A stretch of 61,134 bases of DNA, counting the filler, from Globobulimina sp. (taxonomy: Eukaryota): NCBI GenBank assembly GCA_003354225.1. It is 21 parts of 21 records of this genome, joined end to end, with 100 filler letters (N's around TTAATTAATTAA, not from the genome) between each part and the next. Parts side by side here need not be neighbours in the genome. Positions count along the whole stretch, not along the records: positions 23,344 to 26,159 come from PIVH01004762.1; positions 26,260 to 29,075 come from PIVH01004763.1; positions 29,176 to 31,991 come from PIVH01004764.1; positions 32,092 to 34,907 come from PIVH01004765.1; positions 35,008 to 37,822 come from PIVH01004766.1; 16 more parts are not named here. The stretch is one strand, 5' to 3'. The notes below the pieces were generated by a model. It did no database searches, was not told the DNA's origin, and worked only from the letters and a program-made list of their open reading frames with translations. Every line of letters starts with the position of its first letter. The first letter of the stretch is position 1. The position numbers and the translations under genes are program-made. Of this stretch, positions 24,860-35,808 are shown piece after piece.

Positions 24860-26159
24860 TGTTACAAGGCATGTTTTTGTTGTGACAACCAGTCATTATA
24901 TCAATTAACAAACACATCAAACAAAAACATATTGGATGTACATTATGAAGAACAAAAAACACAAGAAATAGAGTTACAACGCATCAAACAAGCAAATGCA
25001 AAGAAGAAAGCGCAACAAGCAAAGCATGGTCGACGATATCAATTTGAGCCGCAACCAGCTGACGAAACGAGTGCTGGTGGTGGCTGTTTGTTAGATATTT
25101 TAGACACTGCGGGCCAGGACGAATTTGCTGCTTTGCAAGAAATGTCATTGAGAGAAGGCGAAGGATTTATTATGGTTTACGCCATCAATAACTACCACTC
25201 TTTTCTATACATACAAAGCCAATACGACAAAGTGCTGCGAGTCAGAGAAGACTACCAATTAAATACAGCACTTGTGCTGGTTGGCAATAAATGCGACTTA
25301 GAAACCCAACGGAAAGTCGACAAAGACGACGGCAAACAGCTCGCAAAAGCATGGCAGTGTCCGTTTTATGAATCTAGTGCGATGCACAAAATCAATGAGA
25401 CGGAGATATTTGATCAATGCGCGCGGGAAATTGGGATAAAGGGTGTGAAGTATGGAGCAATTTCGACAGCGAAAATTGTGATGCTGGGCAGTGGCGGAGT
25501 TGGCAAAAGCAGCTTAACCATGCGATATATCAGCGATAATTTCCTGGACGAATATGATCCGACCATCGAGGATTCCTATCGCAAAATGATACAAATTGAT
25601 GGTGGCTGCCCCTCCGGAGCCAGCGAAGGAGAGTATGCTGCAAAAAAAGGCCGAAGAGCGCCAGAGAGAGCAGAGAAAGTACCGAAATTAATTGATAATA
25701 TATTTGCTGATTTGGAGAATATGTTTTATTTATTATCGGATTTGGTGTTTCTTGTTATGCTGCAAACAATGGATGGATGCTGTGATTTTATTTTGAATGT
25801 GTTGCGTTTTGTTGCTTGGTTTGTTGTGTATCCGTTGGTATTCGCGGCAGCAATGATTGTGGTGTTGCCATCATGTCTGTTTTTATTGATTGTGCGGATG
25901 GATAAAATTGAGAGTGACACGAAACAAGTTGCGATCAGACAGGATATCATTGAGAGCGAAAGCTGTTGGCAAAGAGCGGTGAGATTAATTACTCAGTTGT
26001 TTCGAGCATCGTTTATGTTTTCAATATTGACGGTTTACCCATTGGTTGCTGTTTATGTTCTAATTCCAACGTATGGCCATTCTGATGCTGTGGTATTAAG
26101 CTCGATCGGCGGCTATTTATTCTTCATTTTGGCGTTGCAAATATTTGGCACGTACCGCG
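24860..26159 (+). CDS. Circularly permuted Ras (cpRAS-type) GTPase domain followed by multiple TM helices; upstream exons probably from about 24198; 3'-truncated
   Basis: Motif order DTAGQDEF (G3), NKCD (G4), ESSA (G5), GSGGVGKS (G1), YDPTIEDSY (G2), then at least 3-4 hydrophobic helices. Confidence 0.9.
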
Positions 26160-26259
26160 NNNNNNNNNNNNNNNNNNNNNNNNNNNNNNNNNNNNNNNNN
26201 NNNTTAATTAATTAANNNNNNNNNNNNNNNNNNNNNNNNNNNNNNNNNNNNNNNNNNNN

Positions 26260-27355
26260 TTTGGGCGCCGACGGTGTTTTTGTATAACAATGTTTATCGA
26301 AAAATATATTTCGATAAACATGGTACCACTCTCGGTACATTTGCGTCGATTATCAGTTATATTTATGTTTGCCTCTTGTTTGTTTTTTATTTGTTGATTA
26401 TGGGCGAATGTATGGAATGATTGCCTGTTTAGTAGCCGTTACAACCGGTTTCTTTGTCAGATTATATTTGGGGATTCGGTATCATTTCCATGAAGAACCA
26501 TACTCTGACCGTGTGGATGCAAATCAGATGCCATTTTGCTGGCTGATGGTTTATTACATGGGCAGTTTAACAATGTTATTATTTATCTATTTTGAAAAGA
26601 AATTAATTACATTGAGACGTGATATATATTGGGGATTGCACACATTATCATTGCTGTTAATATGCAGTTATATATTATCGCCATATTCAGATTGGAATGA
26701 TTGGCCAAACAGGAAATGGAATTGGCAAACAACGTCCATTTATTATTATGTATTTTCGCCGTTTTTGTGTTGTTTGGGATTAAGTTTCTTTGTATTTTGT
26801 TTAAGATTCAAACCAAACGATTGTTATTATTCCGTTATACATTCGTTTTTGGGATGCAATGTGTTTCAGATTCTTTCTAAATTGACATATGCGATTTATT
26901 TGTATCATCGATGGCCATATCAAATAGCGAAAGACAATTGGGATTATCCGAATACTTTCAATTGGATTGATTTTATCATATTAAGCATTGCGTGTTGTTT
27001 CATTACAACATTGATAGCATTCCTGACATGGATATTGATTGAAAATCCATTCAATTCAATTATGAAATTGTGGAAGAAGTGCACATCGAAATTGTATGAG
27101 AAAAAGGAAAGTGATTTGCTTATGGTTGACCATGAAATGGATGAATTTGATTTAAATGATAAAGAAACCGTTAAAAACAGATCATTCAGTCCGAAATGGC
27201 AAATATCACATATTTCTGGTGTGTCATTCATATATTTGTTGATTGCCCATTTTTTATTTATTTGTTTCGCTTTAAATATTTCTGGCAATTTCTGGCTTTC
27301 ATTTGTTTCCCATCGAAATAATAATGCATTATCATCCAAAATTGCATACTCATGA
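26260..27355 (+). CDS. Acyltransferase-3 / NRF-6-like membrane protein, C-terminal part
   Basis: FL...VFQILSKLTYAIYLYH and LIENPF motifs; many TM helices. Confidence 0.8.
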
Positions 27356-27819
27356 AAAGATGATATATGTTCTCCGAGTCCAATTCCTTTAATTCCAACA
27401 GAACTATAACCACCAAATAAAACATAGTCATATTTATTTCTTAATAATATCAAAACATTTGTTTTATTTCTGCATATTTTCTTAAATGTATCCGAATCAA
27501 AAATTTTCTCATTTCCTCGATATAACAAAACAAATAAAGCATCATCTATTTTAACATTAAGATGTGGCAATAAAAACATATTCAAATCGGATTGTTCTTT
27601 GTGACTCATTATATTCTTTTTGATATCAATTCCAACATAAAGTAAACAAATCGCCTTTATGGGAGAAATTAAATACAAGTCATAATCCAACCAAAAGTTA
27701 CATTCATTTGATGATACAAACATCCTTCTCTCCGCAACACAGTGATGGTCTGAATTATAACACCATCTGTTGTACAACGAATCGTATGCACCTGTTAGCA
27801 AAGAGAATGGTGTGAACAT
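26944..27819 (-). CDS. TLDc domain protein
   Basis: LLYRG..FDSDTFKKIC.NK..VLIL....LFGGYS..DDNALLF..CHFGLNDL. Confidence 0.75.
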   Translation of the reverse strand: MFTPFSLLTGAYDSLYNRWCYNSDHHCVAERRMFVSSNECNFWLDYDLYLISPIKAICLLYVGIDIKKNIMSHKEQSDLNMFLLPHLNVKIDDALFVLLYRGNEKIFDSDTFKKICRNKTNVLILLRNKYDYVLFGGYSSVGIKGIGLGEHISSFHEYAILDDNALLFRWETNESQKLPEIFKAKQINKKWAINKYMNDTPEICDICHFGLNDLFLTVSLSFKSNSSISWSTISKSLSFFSYNFDVHFFHNFIIELNGFSINIHVRNAINVVMKQHAMLNMIKSIQLKVFG

Positions 27820-27936
27820 AATATCTTATGTTGTATATTATTTTAAATGTGCTATTACTTAGATGGGGGCCGTTTAAATGCAAACGTGATTTTATTAACA
27901 ACTAACTGCAAACTATCTAGATAAAAATATTAATAT

Positions 27937-29075
27937 TTAAAGTTTTAAATGCTTAAATTGTTTGATTGTGTTTGTGATTGCAATTTCAACCGGCAATCTT
28001 TCCATTGACGAAGCACCATAAAATCCATCAATTGTGCCTTTTGGCAATGTATTCAACACAAATTTAACATCACTCGGCGTAGCAACAGGACCGCCATGCA
28101 CTAATACAATCTGATTCGGATTGATGCGATATATAACATTTGCCATCGTCAATATTTTTTTGCAGCCGTCATTCAATGTCATTCCAGTCGTTTTTGAGCC
28201 AATGGTGCCGCCAACAGTCAATCCCAAATGAATGACAATAATATCCACCCCAATTCGAGCCATTTTCACACAGTCACACACATTAAAAACATACGGCGTT
28301 GTGATTAAATTATATTTATTTTTTGCCATTTCCATACATAGCACTTCCTTATCGTAACCAAATCCCGTTTCTTCCAAATTTCGTCGGAATTTGCCATCCA
28401 TCAAACCAACCGTCGGGAAGTTCTGCACACCATCAAATCCGAGGTTCTTTATCTTATTTAGCAATAAATCCATATCTTTGAATGGATCCGTACCATTAAT
28501 GCCTGCCAATACCGGCACGACGCCACCTCGCAATTGCTTGACAATCGGGATTACCTCATTCGACATCTCCTGAACAATAATATTGGCATCGCCAAAGGCC
28601 AGCAATCCCGCCAACGAACCACGGCCAGCCATGCGGTATTTGCCTGAGTTATAAATAATAATTAAATCCGCACCACCCAACACTTCGCATTTTGCACTTA
28701 TTCCAGTTCCAGCACCGGCGCCAATTATTGCTTCGCCCGCATTCCTTTTCTCATAAAATAACGACATTATTTCTTTTCTTTTGCCTCCCTTTGCAAATCT
28801 GTCCAAAACCATCACTTTCTCTCTCCTCTCCAATTCGAACTGTTTCACATTAATATCAATATTCATTTTATTCAAAATATTGTCAAATTCCTCCACCACG
28901 GCTTCCGCAAATATTTCTTCGTTTATATGTGCATTCACATATTTTATCACCTTTTTATTCTGCAGTTCCTGTTCGAATGTCGCTGTTAAGACATTTAAAT
29001 CATGCACACCAAACGCTGCAAAGCTTGATTCCGAGCCTTTGCTATCTAAGCCAGACACACCTTGCTTTGGAATCA
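27937..29075 (-). CDS. Tm-1-like protein: UPF0261 C-terminus fused to a TIM-barrel signal transduction (PEP-hydrolase-like) domain (5'-truncated)
   Basis: IPKQGVSGLD and HINEEIFA (UPF0261); IIGAGAGTGISAK, IYNSGKYRMAGRGSLAGLL, GVQNFPTVGLMDG, HGGP, GFYGASSMERLP. Confidence 0.92.
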
Positions 29076-29175
29076 NNNNNNNNNNNNNNNNNNNNNNNNN
29101 NNNNNNNNNNNNNNNNNNNTTAATTAATTAANNNNNNNNNNNNNNNNNNNNNNNNNNNNNNNNNNNNNNNNNNNN

Positions 29176-29648
29176 CAAATACATCCAATCATATCTAATG
29201 ACAAACATATACCACATACAATTAATACATTTTGTTTATTTCCATACGGCTCAGAAAACGTCCAATTAAACCATTGGATAATATGTGACATTTGTATCAA
29301 TATCTCTGTGAATTGTCGTTCATGAGATGCACTGTAATATACACCGCAAAAACAAGAAAATCCCTTCCAAAACCAAAATAAAAGCATAAAACGTAATGAA
29401 GTCAGACTCACCGAAAAAACAAGAAAAAACCATGAATGCGCTGAAATTGAATGTTGTGATGCTTCTCCTCTTGAAATCGGCCGGCTTGACCATACACCCA
29501 TCAATGCGGTGGGAAGCACCAATATAAACAACGCAAACACATCCCACCAAATATACTTTCGTTCATAATCAACTCCTAATTCATAACAAACCATGTTCAC
29601 TTTTGTCGAGACACCGCTTAAAGCAATATGCTTGATTTTGTTTTTCAT
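29176..29648 (-). CDS. Hypothetical membrane protein (3'-truncated)
   Basis: ATG ORF with several hydrophobic segments. Confidence 0.5.
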
Positions 29649-29821
29649 TCGTCATGTTAACGACGTTGATGTGTACAAAATGTTACTTCTCAAATGCTTG
29701 AATGTAGTACTAGTTGGAATATGGTGGATAATATGACGTCCGTTGCGTTAATGTGTGGTTGGTAAATACTTGAAATTATTTGACGAAAAACCTTAGCTTA
29801 CATGTGTTAATCTGAACAGAA

Positions 29822-30544
29822 ATGACTTCAAACAAGCCTAACTTCACCACTTTGCAGCTGATCGCTTTTGTAATTTACCCACTGGTTTATCCACTTGCAT
29901 TTATTGGATTTTCCGGTGATATGTATTGGTTGGAAGGATGGATAATTTCATTGTTGATAACTCCTTCAATTTATATTATAACGTTATATCTTTACATTAA
30001 AGATCCAGACTTATTAAAAGAAAGAATGAACAAAGCACCACATGACCAACACAGCGAAGACAAATGGTTGACAAAATTGATTATTATATTATATATTTTA
30101 TATTTTATAATCGTACCAATTGACATAGGGAGATATAAATGGTCGCAAACTATCATTGATTTAGTGCCATCGGATTTATTTTTTCTAATAAAATGGTTTT
30201 GTTTCTTGTTAATGATCGTTGGCGGGTATTTTGTGAGTGAATCATACTTTGAATGTACATTTTTATCGCCGGTGTTAAGGATACAAAAGGAAAGGAAACA
30301 AAAGGTAATAAGTGGCGGTGTTTATGGTATAATGAGACATCCGATGTATGCTGGTGCCATAATATGGGTATTTTCAGCATCCATATTTTTAGAATCAGTC
30401 TGTGGATTATTTCTTGCATTTTGTATTTGTCGCGCCTTTGATTATCGATGTGATATCGAAGAAGAAATGCTGGAGAAAGGATTGGATGGATATTGCGAGT
30501 ATGAAAGAAAAGTAAAGTATAGATTTATACCATATGTTCATTGA
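29822..30544 (+). CDS. Isoprenylcysteine carboxyl methyltransferase (ICMT/Ste14) family protein, bacterial-like
   Basis: DPDLLKER, RIQKERKQKVISGGVYGIMRHPMYAG, EEEML..GLDGY.EY..KVKYRFIP. Confidence 0.9.
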   Translation: MTSNKPNFTTLQLIAFVIYPLVYPLAFIGFSGDMYWLEGWIISLLITPSIYIITLYLYIKDPDLLKERMNKAPHDQHSEDKWLTKLIIILYILYFIIVPIDIGRYKWSQTIIDLVPSDLFFLIKWFCFLLMIVGGYFVSESYFECTFLSPVLRIQKERKQKVISGGVYGIMRHPMYAGAIIWVFSASIFLESVCGLFLAFCICRAFDYRCDIEEEMLEKGLDGYCEYERKVKYRFIPYVH

Positions 30545-30910
30545 CTTCATGCAGTTGAACAACCTTATAATGTCACATCGTATTATTGTTTTGCTTCGCT
30601 AACTTTTGTGTCGATAAGTTGTTAACATTTGTTATACTTTTTATACAGAAACTGTTTGCTATATATTTGTGTTAACTTTGTCTTGGGTTTGCAAATCCAG
30701 AACAAAGTCAGAACAAATTTATAGTTGAACCAAATGTATACAAAGGGGTGGGGGTTATCCAATGGAAATTATCGTTAAACGACAAAAAAAAGCTATGTGG
30801 GTTATTGGAGTCTGCTCCGCCTGGGTTACATCACTAACATCGCCAACAATGATGAATTGTCATGAATATGCTAATGTGTCAAAAAATACATCAAAGAACT
30901 GTAATATTTT

Positions 30911-31527
30911 TTAATCAAACTTTTCTTTTGTTTCTTCTATTTCCTTTTCTGTGTTTTCTGTTGCTTCTTTGTTGTTTGGTTCCTTTATTCCAACAATTGC
31001 TAATACAATGGGGGCAATACTAATTAAACCGAGAACAAGAAAAGCTACATCATAGTGATAATCAGCAATAAATCCCGCTAATAAGCTACTTAAACTTGCA
31101 CCGAGTTCCCAACCTGCGTGCATTGCACCAATTGTTAAATTGAATCTACCTGTTCCTTTTGTTAAAATCTTGGTAAATGTGATCACATTTAAATTAACAA
31201 TATCCGCAGCTATACCATCCAGAAGCTGTGTGGCAATAAGAATTTTGTCATTATTTAACTCTCGATGCATTACTATGATCAAAGCACATCTTATTGTCAA
31301 TGAGACATAGCCAACGCATAAAACTAATTTATATCCAATTTATATCCAACCATTGGAACTTGAGCTAAAACCAGCGCGGATTGTCGAGCAGCCCAAATAA
31401 TTCCAGCTGTCCAGGGGCTCCAACTACTAAATACACAGAAACAAACACTGCTAAACCATCTTTAAAAATTGCTGATGTAACATTAAATAATAGGATTAAA
31501 TTCAGTGCATGCTTCTTTTTATCCATT
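30911..31527 (-). pseudogene. MFS transporter pseudogene (frameshift plus large internal deletion)
   Basis: N-terminal helices (KDGLAVFVSVYL; W.AGIIWAARQSALVLAQVP) in shifted frames join directly to the C-terminal half (QLLDGIAA..TKGTGRFN..GASLS); stop codons present. Confidence 0.7.
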
Positions 31528-31778
31528 TTGAAATCAATGATTTGGTCTGTTTTTTATTTTTATTATCGTAATGCCTTTTATATCGATGTACTGTGAGTAA
31601 TAATGTGGTTATTATGTGTTAATTTAATAATTTTATCTAGTCATCATTTTATTGAATTAGTTTACTTTAGTTAGTTAAACTAAAAGTTTTTTCAACAACA
31701 ACATTCTTTATTTTATCATTCCTCAACCCAAACCCAAACAAACTATATAAAACAAATTACGACATAACCACATAAATC

Positions 31779-31991
31779 ATGTTTCAATTATTATCACTAA
31801 CTGCTGTCATTGCAGTAACATTAGGTTCATGTTTCTATAATCTGTCGTTATTATTTTATCATTCATAGACAAACACAAACCTACAAAAAAAACATACAGG
31901 AGACAAAGGTCCGTGCATTACAATCTCCATTATAACCAATTATACAAACTAATATATGTTTAGTATACATCTCTATATTTCTCCCATATAA
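31779..31991 (+). CDS. 5' fragment of a secreted protein
   Basis: MFQLLSLTAVIAVTLG signal peptide followed by a GTTCAT..CAG intron. Confidence 0.35.
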
Positions 31992-32611
31992 NNNNNNNNN
32001 NNNNNNNNNNNNNNNNNNNNNNNNNNNNNNNNNNNTTAATTAATTAANNNNNNNNNNNNNNNNNNNNNNNNNNNNNNNNNNNNNNNNNNNNAAATAAAAT
32101 AAACGTTATCGAGGACGCCTCAGTTGAATTAAAAACCGGTCAGCACTGAGTTGTAAAGAAAAGAATAGGCATGACCCAAACTTCTAATCTAGTTACGACC
32201 TATGGTGATAACGTTTAAATTAATTAGAAATGAATACTAGTATTATAATGTCATCAATTCCCATTCCCATTTAAAAATATAATATAGTGAGTAAGCAATG
32301 CAATCAATGTCAAAAGAAGAATGTGAGGTTTTTTAAGGCACAAATTAAAAACAGTCAGACAGTGAGTCTAGTGTAGTCACCCACCATCCACCACCCACTA
32401 CCCACTACCCACCACCCCCACAGCCACCCAACCACCCCACCACCACACATGGGTTGACAAAATTGGCGGTGTCAAAAAAATACAAAAATAACTTTTTTAA
32501 ATATTAATAACTGATTTTTTTGGTGATTTGCTCTTGTAACTATACAATATTAAATATATAATTACTTAAATATAAAAAGTCTAAATATCATGATCAATTT
32601 ATTAATTCGAG

Positions 32612-34740
32612 TTATTGAATGAGAAAATTATGGTGAAAGGAAGAGAAATATTTATAAACGGTTTGAGGCCATTCATTTTGCCAACAATTTGTGGAATTCC
32701 ATGCTTGATTACATGTGGCTAAAACTAACACATTCCGGTTACGACACATATCATTGATGTTGGATAATAAAATATTTTCAATTATTTGCGGATAAAACTT
32801 TAACCAAATATCCAAGTCATATATGATTAAAACACCAATCCCGGTATTTATTAACAATTTTATCTTATTCAAAACATTAAAATATATTTCTTGTTTGTTA
32901 TCATTGTGATCCAACGATGCAATCATCGGTATTGAGATATATTTAATATTTGCAATGTCCAATTTATGCAACAAATACGACAAAAACAATTTATTCATAT
33001 TGCTATCCCCGCCACAAATCAATATCCTCTCATTATAATTATTGCATATTAATCTCGCTTGCTTTGCGGAACAAATATAATTATTATCAGCAACACCATC
33101 ATCATCATCATCATCACTGTCCTCCTCATTCGAATCATCCTTTTTCTTTCCCGGCACATCATGCATCCCATACTTCTTATTCTTATTTATATAAACATCA
33201 ATCCGCGACATCAATCGACATAAAACATCCCTTTTATTCCCATCCAAATTCTCAATTCTTTGTTTATCCCCATACCCAAACGCATTCTGATAATTATCAT
33301 TCACATTCCGCATATTTGAGCACTTGAATCCATTATCAAACGTCGTCTCAAAATCCGCAATACTGATCACAATATTCTCCACATGCAACATCTCCGCGAT
33401 GTCTTCTCTGTATCCACCAATATTATCTCTCAACTGCGGGCACAATCTGTTGATGCAATGCATAAACGTCTCATTGCACAGCGACGCCAAATCCGCACCG
33501 CTAAATCCAATCGTTTTATTCACAGCTATATGCTTCAAATATCGATGAAATTCGTCGACGCCACACTCGATATTCCAGGCAGAGCTATGTATTTTTAATA
33601 TTTTATACCTCTCCTTTCCGCTGGGAAGACCGATATAAATCTCCCGGTCAAATCTGCCGGGTCTTCGCAAGGCGGGGTCCAGATTATCGATGCGATTCGT
33701 AGCGGCGATCACGAACACACCTTCACACTGCTTCTTCTCCCTATCATTGCCATGTAAGCCGTCCATCAATGACAGCAACGTGGCCACTACGGAATTGTTC
33801 ACTTGTTCGTGTTTATGGGAGCGGATCGGCGCCATTCCGTCAATTTCGTCGAAGAATATAATGGAAGGGGATAATTCCTGCGCTCTCGCGAATAATGAGC
33901 GCAAATTTCGCTCCGTTTCGCCATGGAATTTACTCAATAAATCCGGTCCTCTCCGGCTGAAAAACGAGATTAGCGATTCGTGTTTATGTAATTCCTCATT
34001 TTGCTCGTTTGAGTTATCGATTTCAGCGGCGTCTGCTAAGGAATTATAGCGGAGATTTGGTTGTTTCTTTGATTTTGGTGATGGCGAAGAGATGGATATA
34101 GATTTGGATTTAGATTTGTTTGAGGCAAATACCGCACGACTCATCGCGTAGTAATATTTTATCAGTGAGCGTACCAACAAAGTCTTGCCAGTGCCGGGCG
34201 GACCGTATAATATTACGCCTTTCGCTGGCTTCAAATTAAAGGACTTAAACAATTCTGGATATAATAATGGTAACAACACGGTTTCTTTCAACACATTAAT
34301 GGCATTGTCTAAGCCACCGACCATGGACGACATATCATACTCGTTGTTGTCCATAAAAAGGTCATTAAACTCAAGTTTGTCAGGCTCGATCCGGATTGGT
34401 TGTAAATTTAAAGTCTGGTCATTTAATGTCATTGGTTGTAAATTAAATACACGCCGTCGTTTCCTTTCATGCGGCGATAATTGTTCCTCTTCATCGCCTG
34501 CAAAAAACAAAAGTGTGTCAATAAGCCAAATGTAGCCAGACAATATGCGGACACTTTGCCGAATATTGACATCCTGCCTTGGTTGCTGTCGTTTGATGTG
34601 GTTGTTGTGGCAAATATTTAATTGTTATAATTCCAACAGTGAATAGAAACGCTTTTCTCGCCGCCTTAATATATGACGGCATTTCTTCTCTCATTATCGC
34701 CGCTTTAATACGTGACGGACGGCATTGCATCCCATCCAAA
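32612..34740 (-). CDS. ATAD2/Yta7-like AAA+ ATPase (multi-exon, partial)
   Basis: VGGL..LKETVLLPLLYPE, Walker A GPPGTGKT, FFSRRGPDLLSK, Walker B IIFFDEIDG, SVVATLLSLMDGL, ALRRPGRFDRE; degenerate second AAA domain. Confidence 0.85.
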
Positions 34741-35007
34741 TCGATATCGCTGCCGCCTCAGGATTTGAACCTGAATCTTCTGGATTACTGCAGTGCTCTG
34801 CTTGAGCTAGGCGACTGTTGAGGTTTATTTTTCAAATGAATTATAAACCATATGACGAGACAGTAGAGGCGATAGAGTGAGGACTATTTATTAATAGTAA
34901 AAGTAGANNNNNNNNNNNNNNNNNNNNNNNNNNNNNNNNNNNNNNNNNNNNTTAATTAATTAANNNNNNNNNNNNNNNNNNNNNNNNNNNNNNNNNNNNN
35001 NNNNNNN

Positions 35008-35409
35008 AATAATTGCGGTATTTTAGTATCTCTGCATTGCACCATTCCAGCAATCAGTCCTTTTTTAGATCTATTTCTTTCCAAATATTTTGAATTAAAA
35101 TAACATTTTTCCACTCTTTCAGCATTTATTAATACAATTTCCTTAATTCCCATTGACGACAAAATAGGATGGCTAAAATTAATGTGATTGCTTCCGATAT
35201 TGCATCAATTACCATTTTCATTGAAGATTCAATTAATTATTCCAACACGTTTGCCATTAATTATTCCAACACGTATTGTCTGCCCAGATGCAGATTGTAA
35301 CACATTCTCGATATGTTTGCATCGGTAATCATCTGGATTCAAATAGATTACTCTCATCACATTAGCATCCCATTCAATTTCATCATCCTCGAACAGAATA
35401 AGATTCATT
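35008..35409 (-). pseudogene. rsmE: RsmE-type 16S rRNA methyltransferase-like pseudogene fragment
   Basis: MNLILFEDDE..HIENVL..IRVGIING and SSMGIKEIVLINAERVEKCYF..GMVQCRDTKIP, separated by in-frame stops and a duplication. Confidence 0.65.
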
Positions 35410-35808
35410 GTGTATGACTCTTTGAGTTAATCGATGATGAATCAGAATTACCAGAGGAACTCGTCTCAGCCATAATGAGTAAGCTCAAAAACCACTTTAA
35501 TGCGACAAATCATTTGTGAAAAACAGTTTGCATTGGTTTGCTATGGATTTCCGCGACCCAATATTTCGTGCGCAAGGAAAGCAAGTCATATACATACAAC
35601 AATTGAATTTATTACTATTAATATTAGAAAACTCAATTTATTTCCATTGCAAAAACAAAACAAAACAAAAAAACAACAAAGACAACAGCGATAATAAAAA
35701 CCGTACGGATAAACTGCTCAAATAATATCATATCATTTCATGTCATATTAATAAAAAAAAGGTTATTCTTTGCATTTAAAAAAAATATGTTTTTTCTATG
35801 GTCTCCAA

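Noticed and set aside
32379-32448. CCACCCA-rich tract as a telomeric repeat
   Set aside because: Irregular, internal and short; only low-complexity sequence
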